Source: Vulcanimicrobiota bacterium (lineage in GTDB: Bacteria; Vulcanimicrobiota; Vulcanimicrobiia; Eremiobacterales; Eremiobacteraceae). From it: 64,000 nucleotides of DNA. The stretch spans positions 96,001-160,000 of the forward strand of contig CAWDVP010000004.1 in assembly GCA_963805945.1 (NCBI GenBank), given 5' to 3'. Within the stretch, counting starts at the first letter, position 1. Each line of letters begins with the position of its first letter. Made by a program: the position numbers and the translations under genes. Below the pieces are notes generated by a model. That model ran no database searches. It saw only the letters and a list, made by a program, of their open reading frames with translations, and was not told the origin of the DNA. Shown here one piece after another: positions 38,040 through 47,660 of this stretch.

Positions 38040-38780
38040 TCATCGCGGCGTCATCACGACCTGATGCGCGGCGATCTGCCACAACGCGAACAGGCCGGCC
38101 GCTAAACCGAAATACGCCGCGCCGGCAACCCACTTGGCGGACGTGGGCATCTGCGACGCACGCGACCACAGCGCATACGCGACCCAGCCGCCGTCGAACG
38201 GCACCATCGGGACCAGGTTGATGAGGTTGATGAAGAACATCGTCGAGGCGAGCGCATACCAGAACGGGCTGCCCGTTTGGACGCCGGCCACATAACACCC
38301 GAGCGCGCCAAGACCGCCGACGAATGGTCCGGCGAGCGAGATCACGGCCGACGTGGTGGAATCGCGCGGCAGGTTCTTGATGGAGACCGCCGCGCCGATG
38401 AACGGGATGAAGATGGGCAGGCTCACCGGCAACCCGTACAGACGGGCGGCGATGAAGTGCCCCATCTCGTGGACGAAGATCAGCAGGACGAAGCCGACCG
38501 CGAAGGGCCAGCCGAAGAGCAGCGACCACGCCCACATGTTGAGCAGCAGCGAGCCGAAGCTCAACGCGAACTTGGCGCCGATCGCGACCCATTTGAAGTT
38601 GAGCAGCAGCAGCAGCGCGGTCTTGAACTTCAGAGCGAGCGCGAGCAGTACCGCGCCGATGCCGATGGCGCCACCGCGGCCCTTCGAGCGCGGCTTGAGC
38701 TCGAACGATGGCGTTTGCTGCAGGCTCGGCGGCAGCACGTGTGCGTATTGCGCGAGCGGATCTGGTTTCGGGTCTTCCAC
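38040..38780 (-). CDS. Site-2 protease (M50) family protein
   Basis: VHEMGH, LAGP and NLVPMVPFDGG motifs. Confidence 0.92.
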   Translation of the reverse strand: MEDPKPDPLAQYAHVLPPSLQQTPSFELKPRSKGRGGAIGIGAVLLALALKFKTALLLLLNFKWVAIGAKFALSFGSLLLNMWAWSLLFGWPFAVGFVLLIFVHEMGHFIAARLYGLPVSLPIFIPFIGAAVSIKNLPRDSTTSAVISLAGPFVGGLGALGCYVAGVQTGSPFWYALASTMFFINLINLVPMVPFDGGWVAYALWSRASQMPTSAKWVAGAAYFGLAAGLFALWQIAAHQVVMTPR

Positions 38781-38794
38781 GTGGTATCGCTTCT

Positions 38795-39544
38795 CTAGAT
38801 CGGCTCGGCGTACCTCACGCCGGTGAGATAGAGCGCGTGCGCCGGCGCCGTGATGCCAGCCGCGGCGCGGTCTTTGGCCGCGAGGATCGCGTTCATCGAC
38901 GCCGGATCGCGCTTGCCCCGGCCGACTTCGACCAGCGTGCCGACGATGATGCGCACCATCTGATGCAAGAACGAGTCCGCGGTGATCTCGATCTCGACGA
39001 AATCACCGTCGCGCGCGATCTCGAGCCGCTCGATCGTGCGCTGCGTCCGCCCACCGTCGGGCGGTTGCACGCAGAACGACGCGAAGTCGTGCTCGCCCGT
39101 CAGCGAAGCGGCAGCCCCGCGCATGCGCTCGATATCGAGCCGGCTGCGCACGAAGAACGCGCGCCGCTCGTGCAGCGGGGACGGCGAGAGCCGGTTGAGG
39201 ATGCGATACAGATACGTCCGCGCGAGCGCGTCGTGGCGTGCCGAGAAGCCCTGCGGCCGCTCGACCGCCTTCAATACGGAGATGCGCTGCGCGTGCAGCA
39301 TGCCGCTCAACGCGATCGGCATGCGCCGCAGCTCGAGGTCGGCGTCCGTCGAGAAGCTGCAGACCTGGCCTAAGGCATGGACGCCGGCATCGGTGCGGCC
39401 CGCGCCGACGACGGTCACCGGATGGCCGCACAGCGTCGTCAGCGCGCGATCGAGCTCGCCGGCCACCGTCGGCAAATCTGATTGGCGCTGGAATCCGTGG
39501 AGGGCCGTGCCGTCGTACTCGACGACGATCGCGAACGTACGCAT
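38795..39544 (-). CDS. truA: tRNA pseudouridine(38-40) synthase
   Basis: YDGT, GAGRTDAGVHA, GEHDFASF and FLHQMVR motifs. Confidence 0.96.
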   Translation of the reverse strand: MRTFAIVVEYDGTALHGFQRQSDLPTVAGELDRALTTLCGHPVTVVGAGRTDAGVHALGQVCSFSTDADLELRRMPIALSGMLHAQRISVLKAVERPQGFSARHDALARTYLYRILNRLSPSPLHERRAFFVRSRLDIERMRGAAASLTGEHDFASFCVQPPDGGRTQRTIERLEIARDGDFVEIEITADSFLHQMVRIIVGTLVEVGRGKRDPASMNAILAAKDRAAAGITAPAHALYLTGVRYAEPI

Positions 39545-39550
39545 CGCCGT

Positions 39551-40021
39551 TCAGCCCGCCTTGGTGAGGCGCAGCACTTCCGTGAGCACGTCGTTCGCGG
39601 CCCAGAAGAGATCGGACAGCTCGCTCTTCTTCTGCGTGAGCGCGGTCGCGGCGAGCGGCGCCGACGCGTAGACGCCGTCGGATTTCAATATGAAGAAACC
39701 GACGTTGCCCGGCGCCGGCGGCGCATACTGCGTGGTCTTGGTGAAGCGATCGAGATGCTGTCCGGCGAGCTTGAGCAGCTTCGCGCCGGCGTTGCGGACC
39801 GCCGCGTGCGCGCCGGCGCCGATCGTGCCGCCGCCGGTGCCGAGGTAGAGGCTCGTCGTGCCGTCCGCGAGGGTGACGATCGTCGCCAAGCCCGCCGGCA
39901 GCGCGAAGTCGACCACGGCGCCCCACACGCCGTTGGGCAGCGGCGTGATGCCGACGCGCTCGAACGTGGTGGTGAGCGCCATCGTGCGCATCGTCTCCAT
40001 GACGTTGGGAGAATCCGGCAT
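39551..40021 (-). CDS. Hypothetical protein
   Basis: ATIVTLADGTTSLYLGTGGGTIGAG pattern; lies in the lysS-truA operon. Confidence 0.7.
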   Translation of the reverse strand: MPDSPNVMETMRTMALTTTFERVGITPLPNGVWGAVVDFALPAGLATIVTLADGTTSLYLGTGGGTIGAGAHAAVRNAGAKLLKLAGQHLDRFTKTTQYAPPAPGNVGFFILKSDGVYASAPLAATALTQKKSELSDLFWAANDVLTEVLRLTKAG

Positions 40022-40026
40022 GAGGG

Positions 40027-41523
40027 CTACTCCGGTTTTTGCAGCGGGAACAGCAGCACGTCGCGGATCGATTCTTCGCCGGTGAGCAGCATGATGAGGC
40101 GATCGACGCCGATGCCCAGGCCGCCGGTGGGCGGCATGCCGTACTCGAGCGCTTGGACGTAATCCCAATCGGGCTCGGGCGCTTCGGCGTCGCCCTTGGC
40201 GCGCTCGGCCGCCTGCGCCTCGAAGCGTTTGCGCTGGTCGTCCGGGTCGTTGAGCTCCGAGAACGCGTTGACCATCTCCATGTGCGCGATGAACAGCTCG
40301 AAGCGCTCGACGAGCTGTGGGTCGTTCGCTTTGCGCTTCGCCAGCGGCGAGAGCACCACGGGAAAATCGGTGATGAAGGTGGGGCTGATCAGCTGCGGCT
40401 CGACGACCTGCTCGAAGATCTTGTCGATGACGTGGCCGTGGCTGTCGCCTTTCTTGACGTCGAGTTTGAGCTTCGCCGCGACGTCGCGCGCGCGGCGCTC
40501 GTCGAGCGCGTCCTCGCGCGAAAGATTTCCCCATTTCGCCAGCGCGTCGAGATAGGCGATGCGCCCGAACGGCCGCTCCAGCGCGATCGGCTCGCCCGCG
40601 AAGATGTGTTCACCGCGCACGCCTGCGACCGCGGCGAGGTGCAAGATGAGATCCTCGGACAGCTCCATCATGCTCTCGTAATCGCCGTACGCCTCGTACA
40701 GCTCGAGCATGGTGAACTCCGGGTTGTGGCGCCGGTCGATGCCCTCGTTGCGGAAGATGCGGCCCAGCTCGTACACCTTCTCGATGCCGCCGACGATGCA
40801 GCGCTTGAGGTTCAGTTCGGTCGCGATGCGCAATTGCAGCGGGATGTCGAGCGCGTTCGAGCGCGTCATGAACGGCCGCGCGTTGGCGCCGCCGGCGATC
40901 GAGACGAGCGTCGGCGTCTCCACCTCGACGTAACCGCGGTCGTCGAGATAGCGGCGCGTCTCGGCGATCAGCCGGCTGCGCAGCAGCATCGTCTCGAGCA
41001 CCGGCCGGTTTACGATGAGGTCGACGTAGCGGCGGCGATAGCGCGCCTCGTGATCGGTGAGTCCGTGCCACTTCTCGGGCAGCGGGCGTAGCGACTTGGC
41101 GAGCACGCTCAGTCGCTTGACGGCGATCGTCAGCTCGCCGGTCTTGGTGACGAACGGCTCGCCGTCGACGCCGACGAGGTCGCCGCGATCGAGCATGTCG
41201 GCGAAGCGGAACTCATCGCCGAGCGTATCGGCGCGCAGGTATATCTGGATGCGGCCGGACTGGTCCGAGAGATCCGAGAACATCGCCTTCTTGCCCATGT
41301 CGCGCACCGTGCCGAGCCGCCCGGCGACGCTGACAGACACGTCGGCATGCTCGCCGGCTTTGAGCTCGCCATAGGTATCGTGGAGCGCGCGCGCGCTGTG
41401 CGTACGCTCGAACTTGGTGATCGCGAACGGGTCGCGGCCGGATGAACGCAGCGCGTCGAGCTTGGCCCGACGCGCCTTGATGAGCTCTGACTCGGTCGTG
41501 CCGAGCTCGTGGTCTTCGCTCAC
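40027..41523 (-). CDS. lysS: Lysine--tRNA ligase (class II)
   Basis: LPEKWHGL, RYRRRYVDL, FRNEG, HNPEFT and YGMPPTGG motifs. Confidence 0.97.
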   Translation of the reverse strand: MSEDHELGTTESELIKARRAKLDALRSSGRDPFAITKFERTHSARALHDTYGELKAGEHADVSVSVAGRLGTVRDMGKKAMFSDLSDQSGRIQIYLRADTLGDEFRFADMLDRGDLVGVDGEPFVTKTGELTIAVKRLSVLAKSLRPLPEKWHGLTDHEARYRRRYVDLIVNRPVLETMLLRSRLIAETRRYLDDRGYVEVETPTLVSIAGGANARPFMTRSNALDIPLQLRIATELNLKRCIVGGIEKVYELGRIFRNEGIDRRHNPEFTMLELYEAYGDYESMMELSEDLILHLAAVAGVRGEHIFAGEPIALERPFGRIAYLDALAKWGNLSREDALDERRARDVAAKLKLDVKKGDSHGHVIDKIFEQVVEPQLISPTFITDFPVVLSPLAKRKANDPQLVERFELFIAHMEMVNAFSELNDPDDQRKRFEAQAAERAKGDAEAPEPDWDYVQALEYGMPPTGGLGIGVDRLIMLLTGEESIRDVLLFPLQKPE

Positions 41524-42026
41524 CGAGCCTTCGCTCTACCGCTCTTGCGATTCGCTCTGATGGAGATGACGCGCAGCTGCACGTCGCCGCTGGGCGTCGT
41601 CGCGGTGACCGTCTGGCCGGGCTTCGCGCCCATGAGCGCGGTGCCGATCGGCGAATCGTTCGAGATCTTGGCGTCGAGCGGATCGCTCTCGGCGCTGCCG
41701 ACGATCGTGTACTCGGCCTCGCTGTTCGCGGTGATGTTGCGCACCTTGACGGTGCTCGCGAGATGGACTTCATCCGCGCCGCCCTCACCCTCGACGATGA
41801 TCTTCGCGTTGCGGATCATCGCTTCGAGCTTCATGATGCGGCCTTCGATGAACGCCTGCTCCTGCTTGGCGTCCTCGTACTCCGCGTTTTCCGAGATATC
41901 GCCGAATTCTTTGGCCTGGCGGATGCGGTCGTTCACCTCTTTGCGGTGGACGGTCTTGAGCTCCTCGAGCTCGGCTTCGAGCTTTTTCAGCCCATCAGCG
42001 GTGAGGACGGTCTCTTTTTCTTGCAC
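41520..42026 (-). CDS. greA: Transcription elongation factor GreA
   Basis: GDISENAEY and SPIGTAL motifs. Confidence 0.96.
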   Translation of the reverse strand: MQEKETVLTADGLKKLEAELEELKTVHRKEVNDRIRQAKEFGDISENAEYEDAKQEQAFIEGRIMKLEAMIRNAKIIVEGEGGADEVHLASTVKVRNITANSEAEYTIVGSAESDPLDAKISNDSPIGTALMGAKPGQTVTATTPSGDVQLRVISIRANRKSGRAKAR

Positions 42027-42036
42027 TTGGTCCCTT

Positions 42037-42960
42037 TCAGGTTGTCGTTGCGGGGAGGCGGAAATCTTCGATCCGCGGTGCGAACTTCAGCTCTTTCATG
42101 ACGCGCATGTAATCGTCGTGGGTCACGTCCGCCCAGCGCTTGCCGAGCAGCGCGAGCAGCGCCGCCTCAAGCACATTGGTGCCGAACGAGCGGCCGCCCA
42201 GGTTCGGCGTGCTCGTCACCAGACGCGCCACGCCGCGCGAGCGAAGCTCTTCGACGTTCGTCTGCGTCACCGTGTTGGTGAGGATGGTCTTGCCGCGCAG
42301 ATCGTCTGGCATGTGCTGGCGGATGAAGTGGAAATCGCCGGCGACCGTCTCGGCGGCCGCGTAGTACTGCGAGTACTTCGGCGACGGCGGCTTCTCTTGT
42401 TTCTTGCCGGTCGGATAGAAGAACTGGAACGGCAGCTTGCAGGCGTCGGGCAGATACTTCTCGGCGAGCGCCTCGAACTCGGCGAGCGAGGTGACCGGCT
42501 TGTCGACGTCGAGCGCGAAGATGAAATCGCCGAAGGTGAGGCGTGCGCCCGCTTCGGAGAGCGCCTGCGCCATGCCGAAGCGATCGAGCGCGCTCACCAT
42601 GAGCACTGGCATGTCGCGGAAATCCATGATGCCGTTGGATTGCAGATAGCGCACGGTCTCGCGCTCGAGGCTGTTCTTGAGCCCGCTGCCGTCCACCACC
42701 GGCGTCACCTTCACCGCTTCGAGCATGCGCAAGCCGTCGCGCAGCGCGTAGCGTTTGGTGCCGGCATACAGGTAGACATCGATGCCGCCCAAACCGATCG
42801 CGTCGACGGTGCCGTCCAACTCGTGCAGCTTCGCGATGGCGCGGTCGAGCGATCCATCGAAGCCGATGCGGCTGATGTCGAAACGCTCGCCCAACCACTC
42901 CACCTCGACGCGGTGGTCGCGGGTCGACGAGCCGAGACTGACCGAGACGACCTTCTTCAT
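42037..42960 (-). CDS. Uncharacterised dehydrogenase-like protein (family often labelled quinate 5-dehydrogenase)
   Basis: KVVSVSLGSSTRD, IGLGGID, VDGSGLKN, AGDF and GRSFGTNVLEA motifs. Confidence 0.7.
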   Translation of the reverse strand: MKKVVSVSLGSSTRDHRVEVEWLGERFDISRIGFDGSLDRAIAKLHELDGTVDAIGLGGIDVYLYAGTKRYALRDGLRMLEAVKVTPVVDGSGLKNSLERETVRYLQSNGIMDFRDMPVLMVSALDRFGMAQALSEAGARLTFGDFIFALDVDKPVTSLAEFEALAEKYLPDACKLPFQFFYPTGKKQEKPPSPKYSQYYAAAETVAGDFHFIRQHMPDDLRGKTILTNTVTQTNVEELRSRGVARLVTSTPNLGGRSFGTNVLEAALLALLGKRWADVTHDDYMRVMKELKFAPRIEDFRLPATTT

Positions 42961-44165
42961 GTCGCTTTCGCCGGCCGCGTCGTCGCTTTTGCCGTCCGCT
43001 TCGCGGGCTTGAGCGCCGGCGTGACTTCGGGCGCGCCGTTGTGCGCGATGGCGCCGGGCTGCGCGGTCTGCTGTGCGGCCTGTGCGGCGCGCGCCGCGCG
43101 CGCGAGCTCCCGCGTGCGCGCGATCTGCTCGTCGCTCACCGGTTTGTCGAACGCGCGCATGCTCGCGAGCTTGAAGCCGTGCTTGTCGGCGAGCCGCTCC
43201 ATCTCGAGCACTTTGTCGAGATGGATGCCGCGGCCGAGCGAATAGTTCTCGAAACGTCCTTCGAGCGTGAGGATCATCGTCTCCGACATGCACGCGAGCG
43301 CGGTGCGCGGCGGCAGGCCGAAGTCGAAGTGGAAATCGGGCTCGCCCGGCACGAGGATGTTGCCGCCTTCGCTCACCAGCACGTCCGGCCGCTCCGACGC
43401 GACGCGTCGCGAGACGTCGTGCGGCAGCGAGACCTCGGAGATGACCGCGCCAGGGCGCAGGTCCTCAGGCTCGACGATCGTCGAGACGGCGGAGGTCGCG
43501 GTGAGGATGAGGTCGGCGCTGCGCACCGCCTCGCGGATATCGGTGGTCCAGTCGAGCGCCGCCGAGACGTGCGGTTGCATCGCTTGCGTGAGATTCTTCA
43601 AGCGCGTCGCGTTACGCGCGGCAAGCGTCAGGCGCGCGACCTTAGTGCCGAGGATCTGGGAACACGCCGAGCCGATAGAGCCGGTCGCGCCGATGACCAC
43701 GGCGTGCGCGGACGCGAGATCGACATCGAGCTCGCGCGCGCCGCGGAACGCGCTTTGGATGCCCGACGCGATGGTGTACGTGTTGCCGGTGGTGATGGCG
43801 ATCCCCGGCACGGTCTCGGCAAGCGTCACGCCGCCGTCGCCGACGACCGCGGAGAAGCCGCCCAGGCCGATGATGCCGCAGCCAAGCTCCTTCGCCAGCT
43901 TCGCGGCGCCGACGAGGCGGTCCATGATGAAGTCCCGCGGCAGATCAAGCCATTGTTCGGGCATGATCGGCACGCCGATGAACACGCCTTCGATCTCCTC
44001 GCCGGTGCTCGCGCTGCGCACGCCGGTGATGTCGGAGACGCGATACGGCGGGATCCACTCGAGGATCTTCTTGATGATGGCGCGCCCCTTGCCGACGGCG
44101 CCGGGCTCGTAACGCTCGACGTCGTCGTAGGACAGCGGGTGCACCAGGAAGCCGAACTTGCGCAA
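42957..44165 (-). CDS. Long-chain acyl-ACP reductase-like protein
   Basis: FGFLVHP, GLGGFS, TTGNTYT, GATGSIG and ACMSE..LEGRFENYSLGR parallel the cyanobacterial AAR motifs, including the catalytic Cys. Confidence 0.75.
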   Translation of the reverse strand: MRKFGFLVHPLSYDDVERYEPGAVGKGRAIIKKILEWIPPYRVSDITGVRSASTGEEIEGVFIGVPIMPEQWLDLPRDFIMDRLVGAAKLAKELGCGIIGLGGFSAVVGDGGVTLAETVPGIAITTGNTYTIASGIQSAFRGARELDVDLASAHAVVIGATGSIGSACSQILGTKVARLTLAARNATRLKNLTQAMQPHVSAALDWTTDIREAVRSADLILTATSAVSTIVEPEDLRPGAVISEVSLPHDVSRRVASERPDVLVSEGGNILVPGEPDFHFDFGLPPRTALACMSETMILTLEGRFENYSLGRGIHLDKVLEMERLADKHGFKLASMRAFDKPVSDEQIARTRELARAARAAQAAQQTAQPGAIAHNGAPEVTPALKPAKRTAKATTRPAKAT

Positions 44166-44222
44166 TGGGCGGCCTGAACCTCAGATAGGCCCGGTCAAAG
44201 GGCGCCGGGACAGAGGCTCTTT

Positions 44223-44669
44223 CTACGCGCGGCGCGCCGCTTCCGCCCTGGTCTTCAGCGCGGTGAGCATCATGAGCGAGTTCTCTTCGACCTTCCTCTG
44301 AAGCGTCGGCCCGATGAGCTCGGCCAGCGTCGGCACCCCGAAATCGTAGTCGACGCCGAGGACCACGTGGGTCGTGCCGCCGCGCTCTTCAAAGGTCCAC
44401 GAGCCCTCGAATTTGTCGAGATCGCCCTCGGTGAGGCGGTAGTCGATGCGGGTGCGGGCGTCGTCGAAGACGTCGATCTCCGTCCATTCGATCGGCGCTT
44501 CTTCCACCAACGTCTTCCAACGCGTCGTCGTGCTGTTGCCGTCGCGCGAGAGCACGGTGACGGCCTCGACGTCGGGCATGAAGTCCGGATAGTGCTCCAT
44601 GTCCTTGGCGAGCTCGTAGATAGCCCGCGCCGGCGCAGCGATGTCGATCGTGGTCTCTACATAAGGCAT
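44223..44669 (-). CDS. SRPBCC/START (polyketide cyclase-like) protein
   Basis: DMEHYPDFMP and GDLDKFEGSWTF motifs. Confidence 0.88.
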   Translation of the reverse strand: MPYVETTIDIAAPARAIYELAKDMEHYPDFMPDVEAVTVLSRDGNSTTTRWKTLVEEAPIEWTEIDVFDDARTRIDYRLTEGDLDKFEGSWTFEERGGTTHVVLGVDYDFGVPTLAELIGPTLQRKVEENSLMMLTALKTRAEAARRA

Positions 44670-44714
44670 TGAGCGGCCGTGCGGGCTCCCGTGCGCATGA
44701 AAAATCGCGCCGTC

Positions 44715-45977
44715 TTACGAGCGCGCGGTGCGTGCAAGGTCACCCAGTTTTTCCTTGGCGGTGACCAGTCCTTGTTCGAGCAGCCGCAGCGCTTCGTCGA
44801 TCTCGTCTTTCGTCACGATGAGCGCGGGCTCGAGCCGGATGACCCGCTGTTGATTGAGGGTGTAGGCGACGGTGAGCCCGAGTTTGAGACATTCCGGGAT
44901 GATCGCGCCGCCGTAGCCTTCGTTGGTCAGCTCGACGCCGACGACAAGGCCACGACCGCGCACTTCGCTGATGACGTCGGGGTGGCGCGCCATCAGTCTC
45001 TCGGCCTGCGCAAGCAAGTATTCCCCCAACTCGCTCGAGCGCTCCACCAGGTGTTCTTCTTCTAAGACCTGCAGCGCGGCGAGGCCGGCGGTGCAAGCGA
45101 GCGGGTTGCCGCCGAAGGTCGAGGTGTGGATGAGCGGCGCGTGTCCGAAGGCGCTCATCCACACATCGCGTCTGGAGACCGTGACGCCGATCGGAATGAC
45201 GCCGCCGGAGAGGCCTTTGGCGGCGGTAAGGATGTCGGGCACGACCCCGTCGTGATCCACGCCCCACAGGTAGCCCGTGCGTCCGAGCCCGGTCTGTACT
45301 TCATCGGCGATGAACAGCGCGCCGTGCTTGTCGCACAGCTCGCGCACGCCGCGCAAGTAGCCGTCGGGCGGCACGATGACGCCGCCTTCGCATTGGATCG
45401 GCTCGACGATGAACGCGGCCGCCTCGGGCAGCGCCTCATCGAGCGCCTCGAGATCGCCGAAGACCACATGGGTGAACTCAGGGATCAGCGGCTTGAACGA
45501 ATCTTTGAAGACGTCGCGGCCGGTGGCGGTGAGCGAGCCCATCGTCTTGCCGTGGTAGGCGTTGTGCGTGCTCACGAGCTTGGTGCGTTTGGTCGACAGG
45601 CGCGCCATCTTCAGCGCCGCCTCCACCGCTTCGGTGCCGCTGTTCGAGAAGAAGCTGATCGTGAGGTCGCCCGGCGCGATGCGCGCGACTGCTGTCGCGA
45701 GTTCGGCGGTCTTGGCGTTGAAGAACACGCGCGACGAGAGCGCCATGTGCTCGAGCTGGGCGCGCACCGCGGCAACGACCTTCGGGTGCATGTAGCCGAG
45801 TGTGAAGACGCCGTAGCCGCCGCAGAAATCGAGATACGACTTGCCTTTTTCGTCGAAGACGCGGCAGCCGTGCGACTCGACCTCGACCGTCGCGCCGGCG
45901 AGCTTCATGAAGCGCGCCAGCGGCGGGTTGATGTGCTCTTTATACGCGTTGTAGACGCTATCGAAATCCATCGTCAC
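44715..45977 (-). CDS. Class III aminotransferase (PatA/ArgD-like)
   Basis: NSGTEAVE, YHGKT, EPIQCEGG, DEVQTGLGRTG, AKGLSGG and STFGGNP motifs. Confidence 0.93.
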   Translation of the reverse strand: MTMDFDSVYNAYKEHINPPLARFMKLAGATVEVESHGCRVFDEKGKSYLDFCGGYGVFTLGYMHPKVVAAVRAQLEHMALSSRVFFNAKTAELATAVARIAPGDLTISFFSNSGTEAVEAALKMARLSTKRTKLVSTHNAYHGKTMGSLTATGRDVFKDSFKPLIPEFTHVVFGDLEALDEALPEAAAFIVEPIQCEGGVIVPPDGYLRGVRELCDKHGALFIADEVQTGLGRTGYLWGVDHDGVVPDILTAAKGLSGGVIPIGVTVSRRDVWMSAFGHAPLIHTSTFGGNPLACTAGLAALQVLEEEHLVERSSELGEYLLAQAERLMARHPDVISEVRGRGLVVGVELTNEGYGGAIIPECLKLGLTVAYTLNQQRVIRLEPALIVTKDEIDEALRLLEQGLVTAKEKLGDLARTARS

Positions 45978-45984
45978 GACCGCT

Positions 45985-47610
45985 TTAGTGCGACACGACG
46001 GTTATCATGCCGGTCATGCCCTGATGGTAATCGCAGTGGTAGCTGATAGGACCCACCCGTGGGAACTTATAGGTGAAGGATTCGCCGGGCGGCAAGTCGC
46101 CGACGATCGAGCTGTCGCTCGACACCACGTCGTGCGCGTCCGTGTCCTTGTTCACCCACGTCACCGACCCGCCGACGTGGACGACGGTGTTGCTCGGAAA
46201 CGAATCATCGGTGATATCGATCTCGACATGCATCGGCGCCGGTGGGGGCGCGGCGGTCGGCGGCGGAGACGAGACCACCTGCGAATTGACGCACAGCGGC
46301 GAACTTGGATCCGACTGGACGCTGCCGTGATAGGCCCTGACGATGAAACACTCGGGAACCTTGAACGGCCCGAGGTCGGCGCCTCGTATGCCGCCGTTGG
46401 ACTGGTGGGCGACCTCCGGGCCGCCCGCTTGATACACGTTGTAGCCGTCGACGCTGGACACGCAACCGGATCCGCCGCACGGATTCCAATTCCAATACAA
46501 CACGGTGTGCCCCGTGCTGATGTATCCATCGCACTGTCCGCTCGACGATCCGAAGACGGCCTCACACGTGGCGATGTTCTGGATGGTGCGCACGTTCCAC
46601 GGCGCCGCCACGTACGCGCTCTGCCCGACGCAGTGCGTGCCGCTGTCATTCGATTCACGGCTCGTCGTGAACGCCGTGACCACGAAGCACTCGCCTTGGC
46701 TGAACGGCGAGATGCCTCGCAGCGTGATGCTGGGATTCGTCTGCGTGTCCACCAGCGTGCGCGTATAGCCTGCGTAGTGCACCTGATGCGCCATCGTGGT
46801 ATGCAGTGTCGTGATCGGCTCGAGCTTGAGCATCGTCACCGAGTATATGTGAAAGCCTTGGATCTGCTGCACACAGTTCGCGCTCTTGCAGGCCGCCCAG
46901 TTCCACACGAGCAGCAGCAGCCCGGTTTGCCCGATCACGGTCGGGCATATGAAGGCACCGGCCAAGCCCACATGGGCGGTGCAGACGCTGGGATTTGTGG
47001 TATACGTGAGGCCGGTGGGCGCGGCGACGAAACTCGGCGGCCCGGGGCTCGCCGTCGGATGCCCAAAGGGGATGACTTTCGTCGGATGCAGCACGATCAT
47101 GCTCGGGCTGGGATGCGGCGTCGCGCCGGCGTGCCCTTTGTTTGTGGAATGCGCGACGGACGCCGCTGATGCCGTCGTGCAACCGGCCGAGCGCACGGTC
47201 GTGATCTGGCCGGCGTCGTTGTTGAAATCGCTCTCTTTGATCCAGTGGCCCTGATTGATGATGACCGCGAGCGGCATCTTGGGCGCGGTCGCTTTGCCGG
47301 ACGCGTGGCGCACCAGATCGACTTCGACGACAGCCGAGCCGTTGGCCGCGATGGCGGGTAGCCCGGCGCTGCCGGTCCAGCTATGCGGCGTCGCGCTATC
47401 GTGGACGAACACCGCCGCGACGCCGCTGGCCGCCGGGCTGGACGCCGAACCGTGATTCGCGACGGTGATGCTGACCGCATACGTCTGTTCCGACCCGCTG
47501 CACGTCTCGGTCGCCGCTGTCGCCGCGATCACGAGATCCGGCTTGCCGCTCGCGTGAGCATGCGCCGACCCGATGACGAGCAGAAGCACGAAAAGAGCTA
47601 GCGTCTTCAT
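45985..47610 (-). CDS. Secreted multidomain protein: CARDB-like domain, two Cys-rich repeats, C-terminal cupredoxin
   Basis: Signal peptide; PDL..ITVAN..ESDFNND; WVNKD..HDV and YHCDYH..M type-1 copper ligands. Confidence 0.75.
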   Translation of the reverse strand: MKTLALFVLLLVIGSAHAHASGKPDLVIAATAATETCSGSEQTYAVSITVANHGSASSPAASGVAAVFVHDSATPHSWTGSAGLPAIAANGSAVVEVDLVRHASGKATAPKMPLAVIINQGHWIKESDFNNDAGQITTVRSAGCTTASAASVAHSTNKGHAGATPHPSPSMIVLHPTKVIPFGHPTASPGPPSFVAAPTGLTYTTNPSVCTAHVGLAGAFICPTVIGQTGLLLLVWNWAACKSANCVQQIQGFHIYSVTMLKLEPITTLHTTMAHQVHYAGYTRTLVDTQTNPSITLRGISPFSQGECFVVTAFTTSRESNDSGTHCVGQSAYVAAPWNVRTIQNIATCEAVFGSSSGQCDGYISTGHTVLYWNWNPCGGSGCVSSVDGYNVYQAGGPEVAHQSNGGIRGADLGPFKVPECFIVRAYHGSVQSDPSSPLCVNSQVVSSPPPTAAPPPAPMHVEIDITDDSFPSNTVVHVGGSVTWVNKDTDAHDVVSSDSSIVGDLPPGESFTYKFPRVGPISYHCDYHQGMTGMITVVSH

Positions 47611-47660
47611 GGCTGGGCCACTGCTTCTGCCTCGGAGGTGCGGCATCCCGCGATTCGAAC

